Positions 28,526-37,803 of a stretch of 61,981 nucleotides of DNA are shown here, piece by piece; the first letter of the stretch is position 1, and every line of letters begins with the position of its first letter. The notes under the pieces were generated by a model. The model was given only the letters and a program-made list of their open reading frames with translations, did not search any database and was not told the DNA's origin. The stretch is from Actinobacteria bacterium Ga0077541. Lineage in GTDB: Bacteria > Actinomycetota > Thermoleophilia > Miltoncostaeales > Miltoncostaeaceae. The position numbers were made by a program, and so were the translations under genes. The stretch is from contig LNEQ01000271.1 of the NCBI GenBank assembly GCA_001464995.1, positions 1-61,981 of the forward strand. Direction: 5' to 3'.

Positions 28526-28539
28526 GAACATATTTGTAC
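28526..28539. promoter_or_regulatory. Third operator copy at an internal promoter
   Basis: GAACATATTTGTAC, 12/14 identical to each upstream site, in an AT-rich intergenic gap. Confidence 0.65.
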
Positions 28540-28615
28540 AGGAGGCGGTGGTCCCTCGGCGGCGGCCCCGCGAGAGTGCCCGCATCGGATCGCATCAGCT
28601 CACGAGGTGGCCGGA

Positions 28616-30664
28616 ATGCTGCGCGTAGGAATCGATGTCGGAGGGACGTTCACGGACCTCTTCGCCCACGACGAGACCACCGGCGAGTCGCTGTCGGCGA
28701 AGGTCCTGACGACGGTGCACAACCAGTCGGAGGGCGTGGTCGGCGCCATCGCGTCCGGCGGCGTCGGGCTCGCCGAGGTGGGGTTCCTCGCCCACGGCAC
28801 CACGACGGGCACCAACGCCCTCATCGAGCGGCGCGGCGCCGTGACCGCCCTCATCACCACCGAGGGCTTCCGCGACGTGCTGGAGATCATGCGCACCGAC
28901 CGCGAGTCGGGCTACGACCTCCACTGGGCCAAGCCCCAGGCGATGGTGCCGCCCGAGCGCCTGCGGCCCGACGGCGCCGTGCTCGCCCCGCTCGACGAGG
29001 GCGCGGCCCGCGCCGTCGCGGCCGGGCTGCCCGAGGGGGTCACCTCGGTGGCGATCGTCTTCCTGCACGCCTACGCCAACCCGTCGCACGAGGCGCGCAT
29101 GCGCGAGATCCTGGCCGAGGTGCGGCCGGAGATCGCGGTGTCGCTCTCCAGCGAGGTCAACGCCGAGTACCGGGAGTACGAGCGCACCAGCACCACCGTG
29201 GTGGACGCCTACATCAAGCCCGTCATGGTCCGCTACCTCGGCACGCTGGTCGAGGCGCTGCGCATCGGCGGGCTCGGCGTGGAGCCCATGGTGATGCAGG
29301 GCAGCGGCGGCATGGTCACCCTCGGCCGGGCCGCCGAGAAGCCGATCGGCACCCTCTCGTCCGGCCCGGCGGCGGGCACCATCGCCGCCGCCGCGATCGG
29401 TGCGGCGGCCGGCTTCGACGACATCGTGACCTTCGACGTGGGCGGCACCAGCACCGACGTGTCGCTGATCCAGGGCGGCGTGCCCTTCGTGAGCGCGCAG
29501 AAGCAGGTCGAGTGGGGCGTGCCCGCCCGCGTCCCCATGATCGACGTCGAGTCGGTCGGCGCCGGCGGGGGCAGCCTCGGCTGGATCGACCAGGGCGGCG
29601 CGCTCAAGATGGGCCCGCGCTCGGCGGGATCGACGCCCGGGCCCATCTGCTACGGCGGCGGGGGGGTGGAGCCGGCCCTGTCGGACGCCCTCCTGGTGGC
29701 CGGCATCCTCGGCACCGAGCTCGCCGGCGGCCGGGTCAGCCTCGACGCCGCCGCCGCCGCCCGCGGCATCGAGGAGCGGCTCTGCGGGCCCCTCGGCCTG
29801 CCGCTCGACCGCGTCGTCGCCGGGATGATCGAGATCGCCCAGGAGAACATGGCCAACGCCGTGCGCTCGGTGTCGATCTGGAAGGGCCTCGACCCGCGCG
29901 ACCTCACCCTGATGGCCTTCGGCGGCGCCGGCGGCCTCGTGGCCGGACCGGTGGCCCGCGCGCTCGACATCCCGCGCGTCCTCATCCCGATGTACCCCGG
30001 CAACACCTGCGCCATGGGCCTGTTGATGACCGACATGCGCGAGGACGTCACATCGGCGTTCCTCGCGCCGAGCGGCTCTGTCGACCTGGAGGCGCTCAAC
30101 GCACGCCTCGAGGCGCTGACGGCGACCGCCGTGGCGACGCTGGTGCGCCAGGGGATCGCCGAGGACGACGTCGCGGTCTCCCACCACGTGGACGTCCGCT
30201 ACACCGGGCAGATCTACGAGCTGGGGATCCCGCTGTCGCCCGTGCCGGCGACCGCGGAGACGATCGCGGCGGCCACGGCGGAGTTCGAGCGGCGCTACGA
30301 GGACATCTACACCATCCGCCTGGAGGACGCCGAGCCGGAGCTGGTCAGCGTCCGGGTGACGGCCACCGGCCGGCTGCCGCGCTACCAGCCCCCGGCGTGG
30401 ACCGGCGGCGGCGACGCATCGGCACCCCGCACCCGCACCGTGCTGGAGGCGGGTGAGCGGCGCGAGGCCGCCGTCCACGACCGCTACGCGCTGGCCGCCG
30501 GCACCCGCATCGACGGCCCGGCGATCCTCGAGGAGCCCGGTTCCACCGTCTGGATCGCCAGCGGCATGGCGGTCGAGGTGGACCCCTTCGGAAACCTGCT
30601 CATCGACACCGGCGCCGGCTCGTCCCCCGACGGCCTGCGCGCCCTCACCACCGTGGAGGCCTGA
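28616..30664 (+). CDS. Hydantoinase A/oxoprolinase family subunit (copy 2)
   Basis: DVGGTFTD, HGTT, EYERTST, SGPAAG, DVGGTSTD, GAGGGS; ATG 28616 with GAGG RBS. Confidence 0.92.
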   Translation: MLRVGIDVGGTFTDLFAHDETTGESLSAKVLTTVHNQSEGVVGAIASGGVGLAEVGFLAHGTTTGTNALIERRGAVTALITTEGFRDVLEIMRTDRESGYDLHWAKPQAMVPPERLRPDGAVLAPLDEGAARAVAAGLPEGVTSVAIVFLHAYANPSHEARMREILAEVRPEIAVSLSSEVNAEYREYERTSTTVVDAYIKPVMVRYLGTLVEALRIGGLGVEPMVMQGSGGMVTLGRAAEKPIGTLSSGPAAGTIAAAAIGAAAGFDDIVTFDVGGTSTDVSLIQGGVPFVSAQKQVEWGVPARVPMIDVESVGAGGGSLGWIDQGGALKMGPRSAGSTPGPICYGGGGVEPALSDALLVAGILGTELAGGRVSLDAAAAARGIEERLCGPLGLPLDRVVAGMIEIAQENMANAVRSVSIWKGLDPRDLTLMAFGGAGGLVAGPVARALDIPRVLIPMYPGNTCAMGLLMTDMREDVTSAFLAPSGSVDLEALNARLEALTATAVATLVRQGIAEDDVAVSHHVDVRYTGQIYELGIPLSPVPATAETIAAATAEFERRYEDIYTIRLEDAEPELVSVRVTATGRLPRYQPPAWTGGGDASAPRTRTVLEAGERREAAVHDRYALAAGTRIDGPAILEEPGSTVWIASGMAVEVDPFGNLLIDTGAGSSPDGLRALTTVEA

Positions 30665-30669
30665 GCGCC

Positions 30670-32490
30670 ATGGCGACTGTCACACCGCCCGTCCAGCGTG
30701 CCGACGCGGTCACCCTCGAGGTGCTGCGCAACGGCTTCCGCCAGATCTGCGAGGAGGTGTCGATCACGCTCCTCAAGACCGCGCACTCGGTGATCTTCAA
30801 CGAGGGCAAGGACCTGTCGAGCGCCGTCTTCGACCACACCGGCCGCCTGGTGGCCCAGGACATGCAGGGCTGCCCGGTGCACATCGCGGCCATGTCCCAG
30901 AGCGTCATGGCCGGCATCGAGCAGTACGGCACCGACGACCTCGCGCCCGGCGACGTGCTCCTCATCAACGACTCCTACGCCGGCGGCACCCACCTGCCCG
31001 ACGTCACCGTGTTCGCGCCCGTCTTCTGGGAGGACGAGCTGGTCGGCTTCGTCGCCAACCGCGGCCACCACACCGACGTCGGCGGCATGGCGCCCGGCTC
31101 GATGCCCGGCGACGCCACCGAGATGTACCAGGAGGGCCTGATCCTCCCGGCCATCAAGATCTTCGCGCGCGGCGAGCGCTGCCGCGACGTGTGGAACATC
31201 ATCCTGCGCAACGTCCGCCTGCCGCGGAACACCCTGGGCGACATCTCGGCCCAGGCCGCGGGCGTGCAGACCGGGATCCGGCGCTTCCACTCGCTGCTCG
31301 AGCGCTACGGCCCCGAGATGGTGGCCTGGGGGATCGACGAGATCCTCGCCTACTCCGAGCGCCACATGCGCAGCGAGATCGCCCGCATCCCGGACGGCGA
31401 GTACGGCTTCGCCGACTACATGGACACCGACGGGGTCACCGGCCGGCCGGTGCGCATCCAGGTGACGGCCCGCAAGGCGGGCAGCGAGATCACCTTCGAC
31501 TTCACGGGCTCGGACGACCAGGTGGGCGGGGCGGTCAACTGCGTCGAGAGCGTCACCACATCGGCGGTCTACATCGCGATGCTGATGATGACCGACCCCG
31601 ACATCCACCCCAGCGAGGGGGCGTGGGCGCCGATCCACGTGATCGCGCCCAAGGGCTCGGTGGTCAACCCGCGCGAGCCCGCCTCCACCGTCAGCGGCCT
31701 CACCGAGACCTGCAACCGCATCATCGACATCGCCCTCGGGGCGCTGGCGATGGGCACCCCCCAGCGCGCCGCCGCCGGCGAGCTCGGGTCGTGCAACGTC
31801 TACACGCTCGGCGGCGTGCGGCCCGACGCGGACGGCGTCACCCAGCCCTGGGTGATGATCCTCAACCCCAAGGGCGGGTGGGGCGGGATGGACGGCAAGG
31901 ACGGCTGGACCGCGATCCAGGATCCGCTCTCCAACTGCCGCAACCACCCGGTCGAGGCGCTCGAGCTCGCCTACCCGGTGGCCGTGCACCGCTACGAGCT
32001 GCGCACCGGCCCCGAGGGCGCCGGCCGCCGCCGCGGCGGCTACGGCCTGCGCCGCGACATCGAGGTTTCGCAGGCCTGCGTGCTCTCCACCTGCCTCGAC
32101 CGGAGCACCATCCCGCCCTTCGGCTTGTTCGGCGGATCCGACGGGGCGCCCAACCTGATGTGGGTCAAGCGGGCCGGCGCCACCGACTGGGAGCCCCTGC
32201 CGGCGCGGATGTCCAACATGAACCTCGGCGCGGGCGACGTGGTGCGCATCGACACCGGCATCGGCGGCGGCTTCGGCGACCCCCTCGAGCGCGAGCCGGA
32301 GCGGGTGGCCGAGGACGTGGCCGACGGCTACATCGACGCCGGCACGGCCGAGGCGGTCTACGGGGTGGCGCTCCAGGGTGGGGCGGTGGACGAGCCCGCG
32401 ACCGCGGCGCTCCGCGCCCGGATGCGCGCCGAGGCCGCCCCGTTCGCCTCGCCGCACCCCGACCGCCGCCCGGCGTTCACGCCCGCGTGA
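30670..32490 (+). CDS. Hydantoinase B/oxoprolinase family subunit (copy 2)
   Basis: GGTHLPD, HHTDVGG, YQEG, GGGFGDP. Confidence 0.92.
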   Translation: MATVTPPVQRADAVTLEVLRNGFRQICEEVSITLLKTAHSVIFNEGKDLSSAVFDHTGRLVAQDMQGCPVHIAAMSQSVMAGIEQYGTDDLAPGDVLLINDSYAGGTHLPDVTVFAPVFWEDELVGFVANRGHHTDVGGMAPGSMPGDATEMYQEGLILPAIKIFARGERCRDVWNIILRNVRLPRNTLGDISAQAAGVQTGIRRFHSLLERYGPEMVAWGIDEILAYSERHMRSEIARIPDGEYGFADYMDTDGVTGRPVRIQVTARKAGSEITFDFTGSDDQVGGAVNCVESVTTSAVYIAMLMMTDPDIHPSEGAWAPIHVIAPKGSVVNPREPASTVSGLTETCNRIIDIALGALAMGTPQRAAAGELGSCNVYTLGGVRPDADGVTQPWVMILNPKGGWGGMDGKDGWTAIQDPLSNCRNHPVEALELAYPVAVHRYELRTGPEGAGRRRGGYGLRRDIEVSQACVLSTCLDRSTIPPFGLFGGSDGAPNLMWVKRAGATDWEPLPARMSNMNLGAGDVVRIDTGIGGGFGDPLEREPERVAEDVADGYIDAGTAEAVYGVALQGGAVDEPATAALRARMRAEAAPFASPHPDRRPAFTPA

Positions 32491-32512
32491 CCCCCACGAA
32501 AGGAACGGCACC

Positions 32513-33733
32513 GTGACCACCGCACCCCTCGACGCCGCGGAGGGCGAGGCCCTCCGCGCCTCCCCGGCGCTCTCGGCGGACTTCCTGGTGCGGGTGCTCC
32601 AGGACCTCGTGCGGGCGCGCAGCGTCAACCCGGGCATCTTCGAGGCGCAGATGGTGACGCGGGTCCAGGCCTGGGCCGAGGGCACCGGCGCGTCGGTGCA
32701 CCCGGTGGAGATGTTCGACGACCGCTACTCGGTGGCCGTCGTGCTGCAGGGCGGGCACGACGGGCCGCGGCTCGTGCTCAACGGCCACATGGACACGGTG
32801 CCGATCGACGGCGCCGAGAAGTGGACGAGCGACCCCTTCGGCGCCGAGGTGCGCGACGGCTACGTCTACGGGCGGGGCGCGTGCGACATGAAGGCGGGCC
32901 TGGCCGTGCAGCTCGGCGTGCTGCACCACCTGGCTCCCCGGGTCGCCGACATGCGCGGGTCGCTGGTGCTGCACTTCGCCGCGGGCGAGGAGTGCGCCGA
33001 GCCGGGGACGCTGAAGCTGATCGAGGCCGGGTTCACCGGCGACTGGGGCATCGTGACCGAGCCCACCAGTCTCCGGGTGGCCACGGCCGAGCGCGGCATC
33101 GGCTACTACACGGTCCGCATCCCGGGCCGCTCGATCCACGCCAGCCGCTCGCACCTCGGGCTCAACCCGCTCGAGCGCCTGCCCGCCGTGCTCGAGGCCC
33201 TCTTCGCGTACGACCGCGATGTCCGGACGAAGCCCCACCCGCTGCTGCCCGGGGGCTCGTGCACGCCGACCGTGGTGCACGCCGGGGTGAAGGAGAACGC
33301 GGTGGCGGAGGAGTGCGTGCTGCTCCTCGACCGGCGGCTGCTGCCCGGCGAGACGGTCGACGGCGAGCTCGAGGAGATCCGCCGGCGCCTGGCCCCGATC
33401 TCGGCGGCGGTGGCGGACGAGCCGATCGAGGTCACCCGCTTCCGCTGGTCGTTCCAGCCCGCCGAGATCCCGGCCGACTCGCCGTTCGCCCTCCGGGTGC
33501 AGGACACGTTCGCCGCCGTCACCGGGCGCCCCACCGAGATCTACGGCACGCCCTTCGCGAGCGACGTGCACAACCTCGTCAACGACGCCGGGATGGAGGC
33601 CATCACCTTCGGGCCCGGCAACGTCGAGGAGTGTCACTGCATCGATGAGCGCGTGCTGATCGACCAGCTCCGCGACGCCGCGCTGGTCACCGCGAAGGTC
33701 GCCGAGGACCTGCTCCTCGGCGATCCCGCCTGA
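32513..33733 (+). CDS. M20 family ArgE/DapE-like deacylase
   Basis: NGHMDTVP, GRGACDMK, GEE, EPT, C-terminal H..DE; GTG start after AAGGAA. Confidence 0.88.
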   Translation: MTTAPLDAAEGEALRASPALSADFLVRVLQDLVRARSVNPGIFEAQMVTRVQAWAEGTGASVHPVEMFDDRYSVAVVLQGGHDGPRLVLNGHMDTVPIDGAEKWTSDPFGAEVRDGYVYGRGACDMKAGLAVQLGVLHHLAPRVADMRGSLVLHFAAGEECAEPGTLKLIEAGFTGDWGIVTEPTSLRVATAERGIGYYTVRIPGRSIHASRSHLGLNPLERLPAVLEALFAYDRDVRTKPHPLLPGGSCTPTVVHAGVKENAVAEECVLLLDRRLLPGETVDGELEEIRRRLAPISAAVADEPIEVTRFRWSFQPAEIPADSPFALRVQDTFAAVTGRPTEIYGTPFASDVHNLVNDAGMEAITFGPGNVEECHCIDERVLIDQLRDAALVTAKVAEDLLLGDPA

Positions 33734-34422
33734 TGTGCGGCATCGCAGGGATCTGGTACCGCGACGGGGAGGACGGGCCGGTCGGTGAGGACCTCTCGCG
33801 CATGCTCCTCGCGCTCGCGCACCGCGGGCGCGACGGCAGCGGCATGGCGCTCTACGCGGCCGGCGGCGAGGCGCCCCGCGTGGTGAAGAACGCCGCGGGC
33901 CCGGCGATGCTGCTCCAGGAGAACGACCTCGACGGCGCGCGCGGCGGGCATGGCATCGCCCACGTGCGCATGGCCACCGAGACGGCCGTGGACGCCGGTC
34001 ACGCGCACCCGTTCGTCTCCGCCGCGCGCCCCGATCTCACGCTGGTCCACAACGGCCACGTCACCAACGCCGACCAGCTCCGGGCCCGCCTCGAGCGGGC
34101 GGGCGTGGAGCTGCGCACCGACAACGACTCGGAGGCGATCGCCGCGTATCTCGGCGAGCGGCTCGACGACGGCGACGATCTCCGGGAGGCGCTCGAGGGC
34201 GCCGTGTCGGACCTCGACGGGACCTTCAGCTGCCTCGTCGCGACCGCCGACGCCATGGGCGTCGTCCGCGACCGCTTCGCCGCCAAGCCCCTCGTGGTCG
34301 CCGAGACCGACGACTGGGTGGCGGTCAGTTCCGAGGGGCGGGGCCTGCCGGCGCCGTCCGGATGGCGACGGCGCGAGGTCGGCGCGGGGGAGGTGAGGGT
34401 ATGGCGACGCTCCCCGAGGTAG
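33733..34422 (+). CDS. mgsA: Class II glutamine amidotransferase, N-methylglutamate synthase subunit A (GlxB-like)
   Basis: MCGIAG, HRGRDGSG, HVRMATE, HPF, HNG, DSE; context of glxC/glxD/gmaS. Confidence 0.75.
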   Translation: MCGIAGIWYRDGEDGPVGEDLSRMLLALAHRGRDGSGMALYAAGGEAPRVVKNAAGPAMLLQENDLDGARGGHGIAHVRMATETAVDAGHAHPFVSAARPDLTLVHNGHVTNADQLRARLERAGVELRTDNDSEAIAAYLGERLDDGDDLREALEGAVSDLDGTFSCLVATADAMGVVRDRFAAKPLVVAETDDWVAVSSEGRGLPAPSGWRRREVGAGEVRVWRRSPR

Positions 34423-35114
34423 GGCGACGGACGGGGGCCGTCCGCACGATCGCGTGCGCGGGGCTCCCGACCCGGGAGATCAACGAGGAGCTGTGCGCGC
34501 TGCGCGACGGCGACGAGGTCGTGCTCAGCGACCCGGGCGCCCGTCACTCGCTGGCCGTGGCCCTGACCGCGCGCTGCCGCATCACCATCGAGGGCGACGC
34601 GGGCTACTACGCCGCGGCGCTCTGCGCGGGCCCGGAGGTCGCGATCGCCGGCCACGCCGGCAACAGCCTCGCCGAGAACCTCGACGGCGGCGTCGTGACG
34701 GTGGACGGCGACTGCGGGGCGAACCTCGCGGCCACCGCGCACTCGGGCCTCGTCGTGGTCGCCGGCTCGGCCGGCGCCCGCGCCGCCATCTCGCTGAAGG
34801 GCGCGACGGTGCTGGTGGGCGGCGACGTCGGCGCGTACTCGGGCTTCATGATGCAGAGCGGCACCCTCGTCGTCTGCGGCGACGCCGGCCCGGCGCTCGG
34901 CGACTCGATCTACGAGGGCGTCATCTACGTCGGCGGCGCCATCGCCTCCCTCGGCGCCGACGCCACGGCCGAGCCGGCCACGGCCGAGGAGTACGCCCGC
35001 ATCGGCGCGCTCCTGGTCGCCTCCGGCCTCACGCCCCCTCCTGCCCTGACGCGCGTGAGCAGCCTGCGCGAGCTCTACCTGTTCGACGCGCGCTCGTGGA
35101 GCCCGGCCGCATGA
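34401..35114 (+). CDS. mgsB: GXGXG beta-helix protein, N-methylglutamate synthase subunit B (GlxC-like)
   Basis: ARHSLAVA, AISLKG, FMMQSG, GDSIYEG. Confidence 0.78.
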   Translation: MATLPEVGRRTGAVRTIACAGLPTREINEELCALRDGDEVVLSDPGARHSLAVALTARCRITIEGDAGYYAAALCAGPEVAIAGHAGNSLAENLDGGVVTVDGDCGANLAATAHSGLVVVAGSAGARAAISLKGATVLVGGDVGAYSGFMMQSGTLVVCGDAGPALGDSIYEGVIYVGGAIASLGADATAEPATAEEYARIGALLVASGLTPPPALTRVSSLRELYLFDARSWSPAA

Positions 35115-36439
35115 GCACGCTCAACGGCACCGGCGCGCCGCCCGCCGACGCGCTCGGCACGTCGCCCAACCACCTCTTCACCGACCGCACGGTCGCCGAC
35201 ATCCAGGAGAAGGCGCAGCTCGGGCGCTACCGCCTGCGCGGCTACGGCGCGCGGCGCGAGCTGCCGTCGCTCGACGACCTGACGGTGCTCCCGGCGGGCC
35301 TCTCGCGCATGGCGCTCGAGGGCTACCGCGAGCGCTGCGCGACCGAGACGGTGATCGGCTCCCGTGCCGCGGAGCCCCTGCGGCTCGACATCCCGATCAC
35401 GATCGCCGGCATGAGCTACGGGGCGCTCTCGCTGACCGCCAAGGTCGCCCTCGGGCGCGCGGCGAGCACCCTCGGCACCTCGACCACCACCGGCGACGGG
35501 GGGATGCTCGACGAGGAGCGCGAGGCCTCGAACATCCTCATCTACCAGTGCCTGCCCAGCCGCTACGGCTTCCGGCTCGCCGACCTGCAGCGCGCCGACG
35601 CCGTCGAGATCGTCGTCGGCCAGGGCGCCAAGCCCGGCACCGGCGGACTGCTGCTGGGCTCGAAGATGTCGGAGACGATCGCCGCGGCGCGCGGGCTGCC
35701 CGCGGGCATCGACCAGCGCAGCCCGGTGCGGCATCCGGACTGGTGCGGGCCCGACGACCTCGTGCTGAAGATGGAGGAGCTGCGCGAGGCGACCGGCCAC
35801 CGCATCCCGATGCTGGTCAAGCTCGGCGCGAGCCGGGTGGTCGACGACGTCCGCCTGGCCGTGAAGGCCGGGGCCGACGCCGTGGTGCTCGACGGCATGG
35901 AGGGCGGCACGGCCGCCTCCCCCGAGTTCCTGATGGACCACACGGGGATCCCCACGATCGCCGCCGTGGTGGAGGCGCGCCGGGCGCTCGACGCCGTGGG
36001 CGCCGACGACGTGCAGCTGATCGTCTCCGGCGGCGTGCGGAACGGCGCGGACGTGGCGAAGCTGCTGGCGCTCGGAGCCGACGCGGTCTCGATCGGCACC
36101 GCCGCGCTGATCGCGCTCGACTGCAACCGGCCCATCCACCACGAGCGCTACGCCGCCCTCGGAACGGTGCCGGGCGCGTGTCACCACTGCCACACGGGGC
36201 GCTGCCCCGTCGGCATCGCGACCCAGGATCCCGACCTCGAGGCGCTGCTCGATCTCGACGAGGGCGCCGAGCGGGTCGCCAACTACCTGCGGGCCCTGAC
36301 CATGGAGGTGCAGCTCCTCTCCCGCGCCTGCGGCAAGTCGTCGGTCCACAGCCTCAGCCGCGAGGACCTCGCGGCGCTGACGCCCGCCGCCGCCGCCATC
36401 ACCGGGCTGCCGCTCGTCGGCACCACCATCCCCACCTGA
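35111..36439 (+). CDS. mgsC: FMN-binding glutamate synthase family, N-methylglutamate synthase subunit C (GlxD-like)
   Basis: AGMSYGALS, TGDGG, GQGAKPG, DQRSPVRHPDW.GPDDL, CHHCHTGRCPVGIATQ. Confidence 0.82.
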   Translation: MSTLNGTGAPPADALGTSPNHLFTDRTVADIQEKAQLGRYRLRGYGARRELPSLDDLTVLPAGLSRMALEGYRERCATETVIGSRAAEPLRLDIPITIAGMSYGALSLTAKVALGRAASTLGTSTTTGDGGMLDEEREASNILIYQCLPSRYGFRLADLQRADAVEIVVGQGAKPGTGGLLLGSKMSETIAAARGLPAGIDQRSPVRHPDWCGPDDLVLKMEELREATGHRIPMLVKLGASRVVDDVRLAVKAGADAVVLDGMEGGTAASPEFLMDHTGIPTIAAVVEARRALDAVGADDVQLIVSGGVRNGADVAKLLALGADAVSIGTAALIALDCNRPIHHERYAALGTVPGACHHCHTGRCPVGIATQDPDLEALLDLDEGAERVANYLRALTMEVQLLSRACGKSSVHSLSREDLAALTPAAAAITGLPLVGTTIPT

Positions 36440-36465
36440 CACCCGCGACCCGAGGAGCAGACGAC

Positions 36466-37800
36466 ATGGCCACGTCCGACCCGACCAGCCCCATCGCCGA
36501 CGGCCTCGAGCTCCCCGAGGGGGTCACCTTCCTGGCCGTCCAGTGGGTCGACATCCACGGATCGCCGAAGGCCAAGCTGGTGCCGCCGGGCGGCACCGCC
36601 GCGCTGTGCGGCCCCGGCGGCGGTGCCGGCTTCGCGGGCTTCGCGAACCACGGCTTCGCCCGTGGCCCCGAGCACGCCGAGCTGCTCGCCGTGCCCGACC
36701 TCGACACCATGGTGACCCTGCCGCACCGGCCGGACACCGCGATCGTGCTCTCCAAGGTGCACGACGGCGACGAGATCGCTTCGTGCTGCACACGCTCCAT
36801 CCTCGCCCGCGTGCAGGACGAGGCGGCCGCCATGGGGATCATCCCGATGGTCGGGATGGAGCCCGAGTTCTTCCTTCTGCGGCGCCTGGAGGACGGCTCT
36901 GTGGCGCCGCTCGATCCCACCGACGTCCTCGACAAGCCCTGCTACGACTTCGCGACGCTGCTCGGCAGCAAGGACCTCCTCGGCCAGATCGTCGGCGCGG
37001 TCGACGCCCTCGGCATCGGTGTCTACGCGCTCGACCACGAGGACGGCAACGGCCAGTACGAGATCAACTTCGACTACGCCGAGGCCCTCGTCAGCGCCGA
37101 TCGCTTCACGATGCTGCGAACGATCATCGGCGACATCGCGCGGTCGAACGGCGCGATCGCGAGCTTCATGCCGAAGCCGCTGTCGGGGCGCACCGGCTCC
37201 GGGGCCCACGTCCATCTGTCGGGGCGCTCGCCGGACGGCGACAACCTCTTCCTCGACCCGCTCGACGACCGGGGTCTCGGCCTGTCGCCGATGGCCTACT
37301 CGTTCATCGCGGGGGTGCTGGAGCACGGCCGGGCCCTGGCGGCGCTCACCATGCCCTCCGTCAACTCCTACCGGCGCCTCCAGGCGTCCACCACCAGCTC
37401 CGGAGCGACCTGGGCGCCCACCTCGGTGGTCTACGGCGGCAACAACCGCACCCCGATGATCCGCGTGCCGGCACCCGGGCGGTTCGAGGACCGGGCGGTC
37501 GACTCCTCGTGCAACCCGTATCTCGCGCTTGCGGGGATCATCCTGGCGGGGCTCGACGGCGTGAAGCGGGGGCTCGACCCCGGCGCGCCGGTGGACGGCC
37601 TCGCCGCCGGGCTCGGCGCGCCCCAGCTGCCGCGCACCCTCGCCGAGGCGCTCGACGCCCTGGAGCGCGACACCGTGCTGCGCGACGGCCTGGGCGAGGA
37701 GGCGTTCTGCGAGTTCGTCGCGGTCAAGCGGATGGAGTGGGTGTCGTACATGGACGCCGTGTCCCGCTGGGAGATCGACACCTATCTGACCCGCGTCTAG
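36466..37800 (+). CDS. gmaS: Gamma-glutamylmethylamide synthetase (GlnT/type III GS-like)
   Basis: PKAKLVP, GAGFAGFA, DHEDGNGQYEINF, FMPKP, SGATWAP, GNNRT. Confidence 0.8.
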   Translation: MATSDPTSPIADGLELPEGVTFLAVQWVDIHGSPKAKLVPPGGTAALCGPGGGAGFAGFANHGFARGPEHAELLAVPDLDTMVTLPHRPDTAIVLSKVHDGDEIASCCTRSILARVQDEAAAMGIIPMVGMEPEFFLLRRLEDGSVAPLDPTDVLDKPCYDFATLLGSKDLLGQIVGAVDALGIGVYALDHEDGNGQYEINFDYAEALVSADRFTMLRTIIGDIARSNGAIASFMPKPLSGRTGSGAHVHLSGRSPDGDNLFLDPLDDRGLGLSPMAYSFIAGVLEHGRALAALTMPSVNSYRRLQASTTSSGATWAPTSVVYGGNNRTPMIRVPAPGRFEDRAVDSSCNPYLALAGIILAGLDGVKRGLDPGAPVDGLAAGLGAPQLPRTLAEALDALERDTVLRDGLGEEAFCEFVAVKRMEWVSYMDAVSRWEIDTYLTRV

Positions 37801-37803
37801 CCC

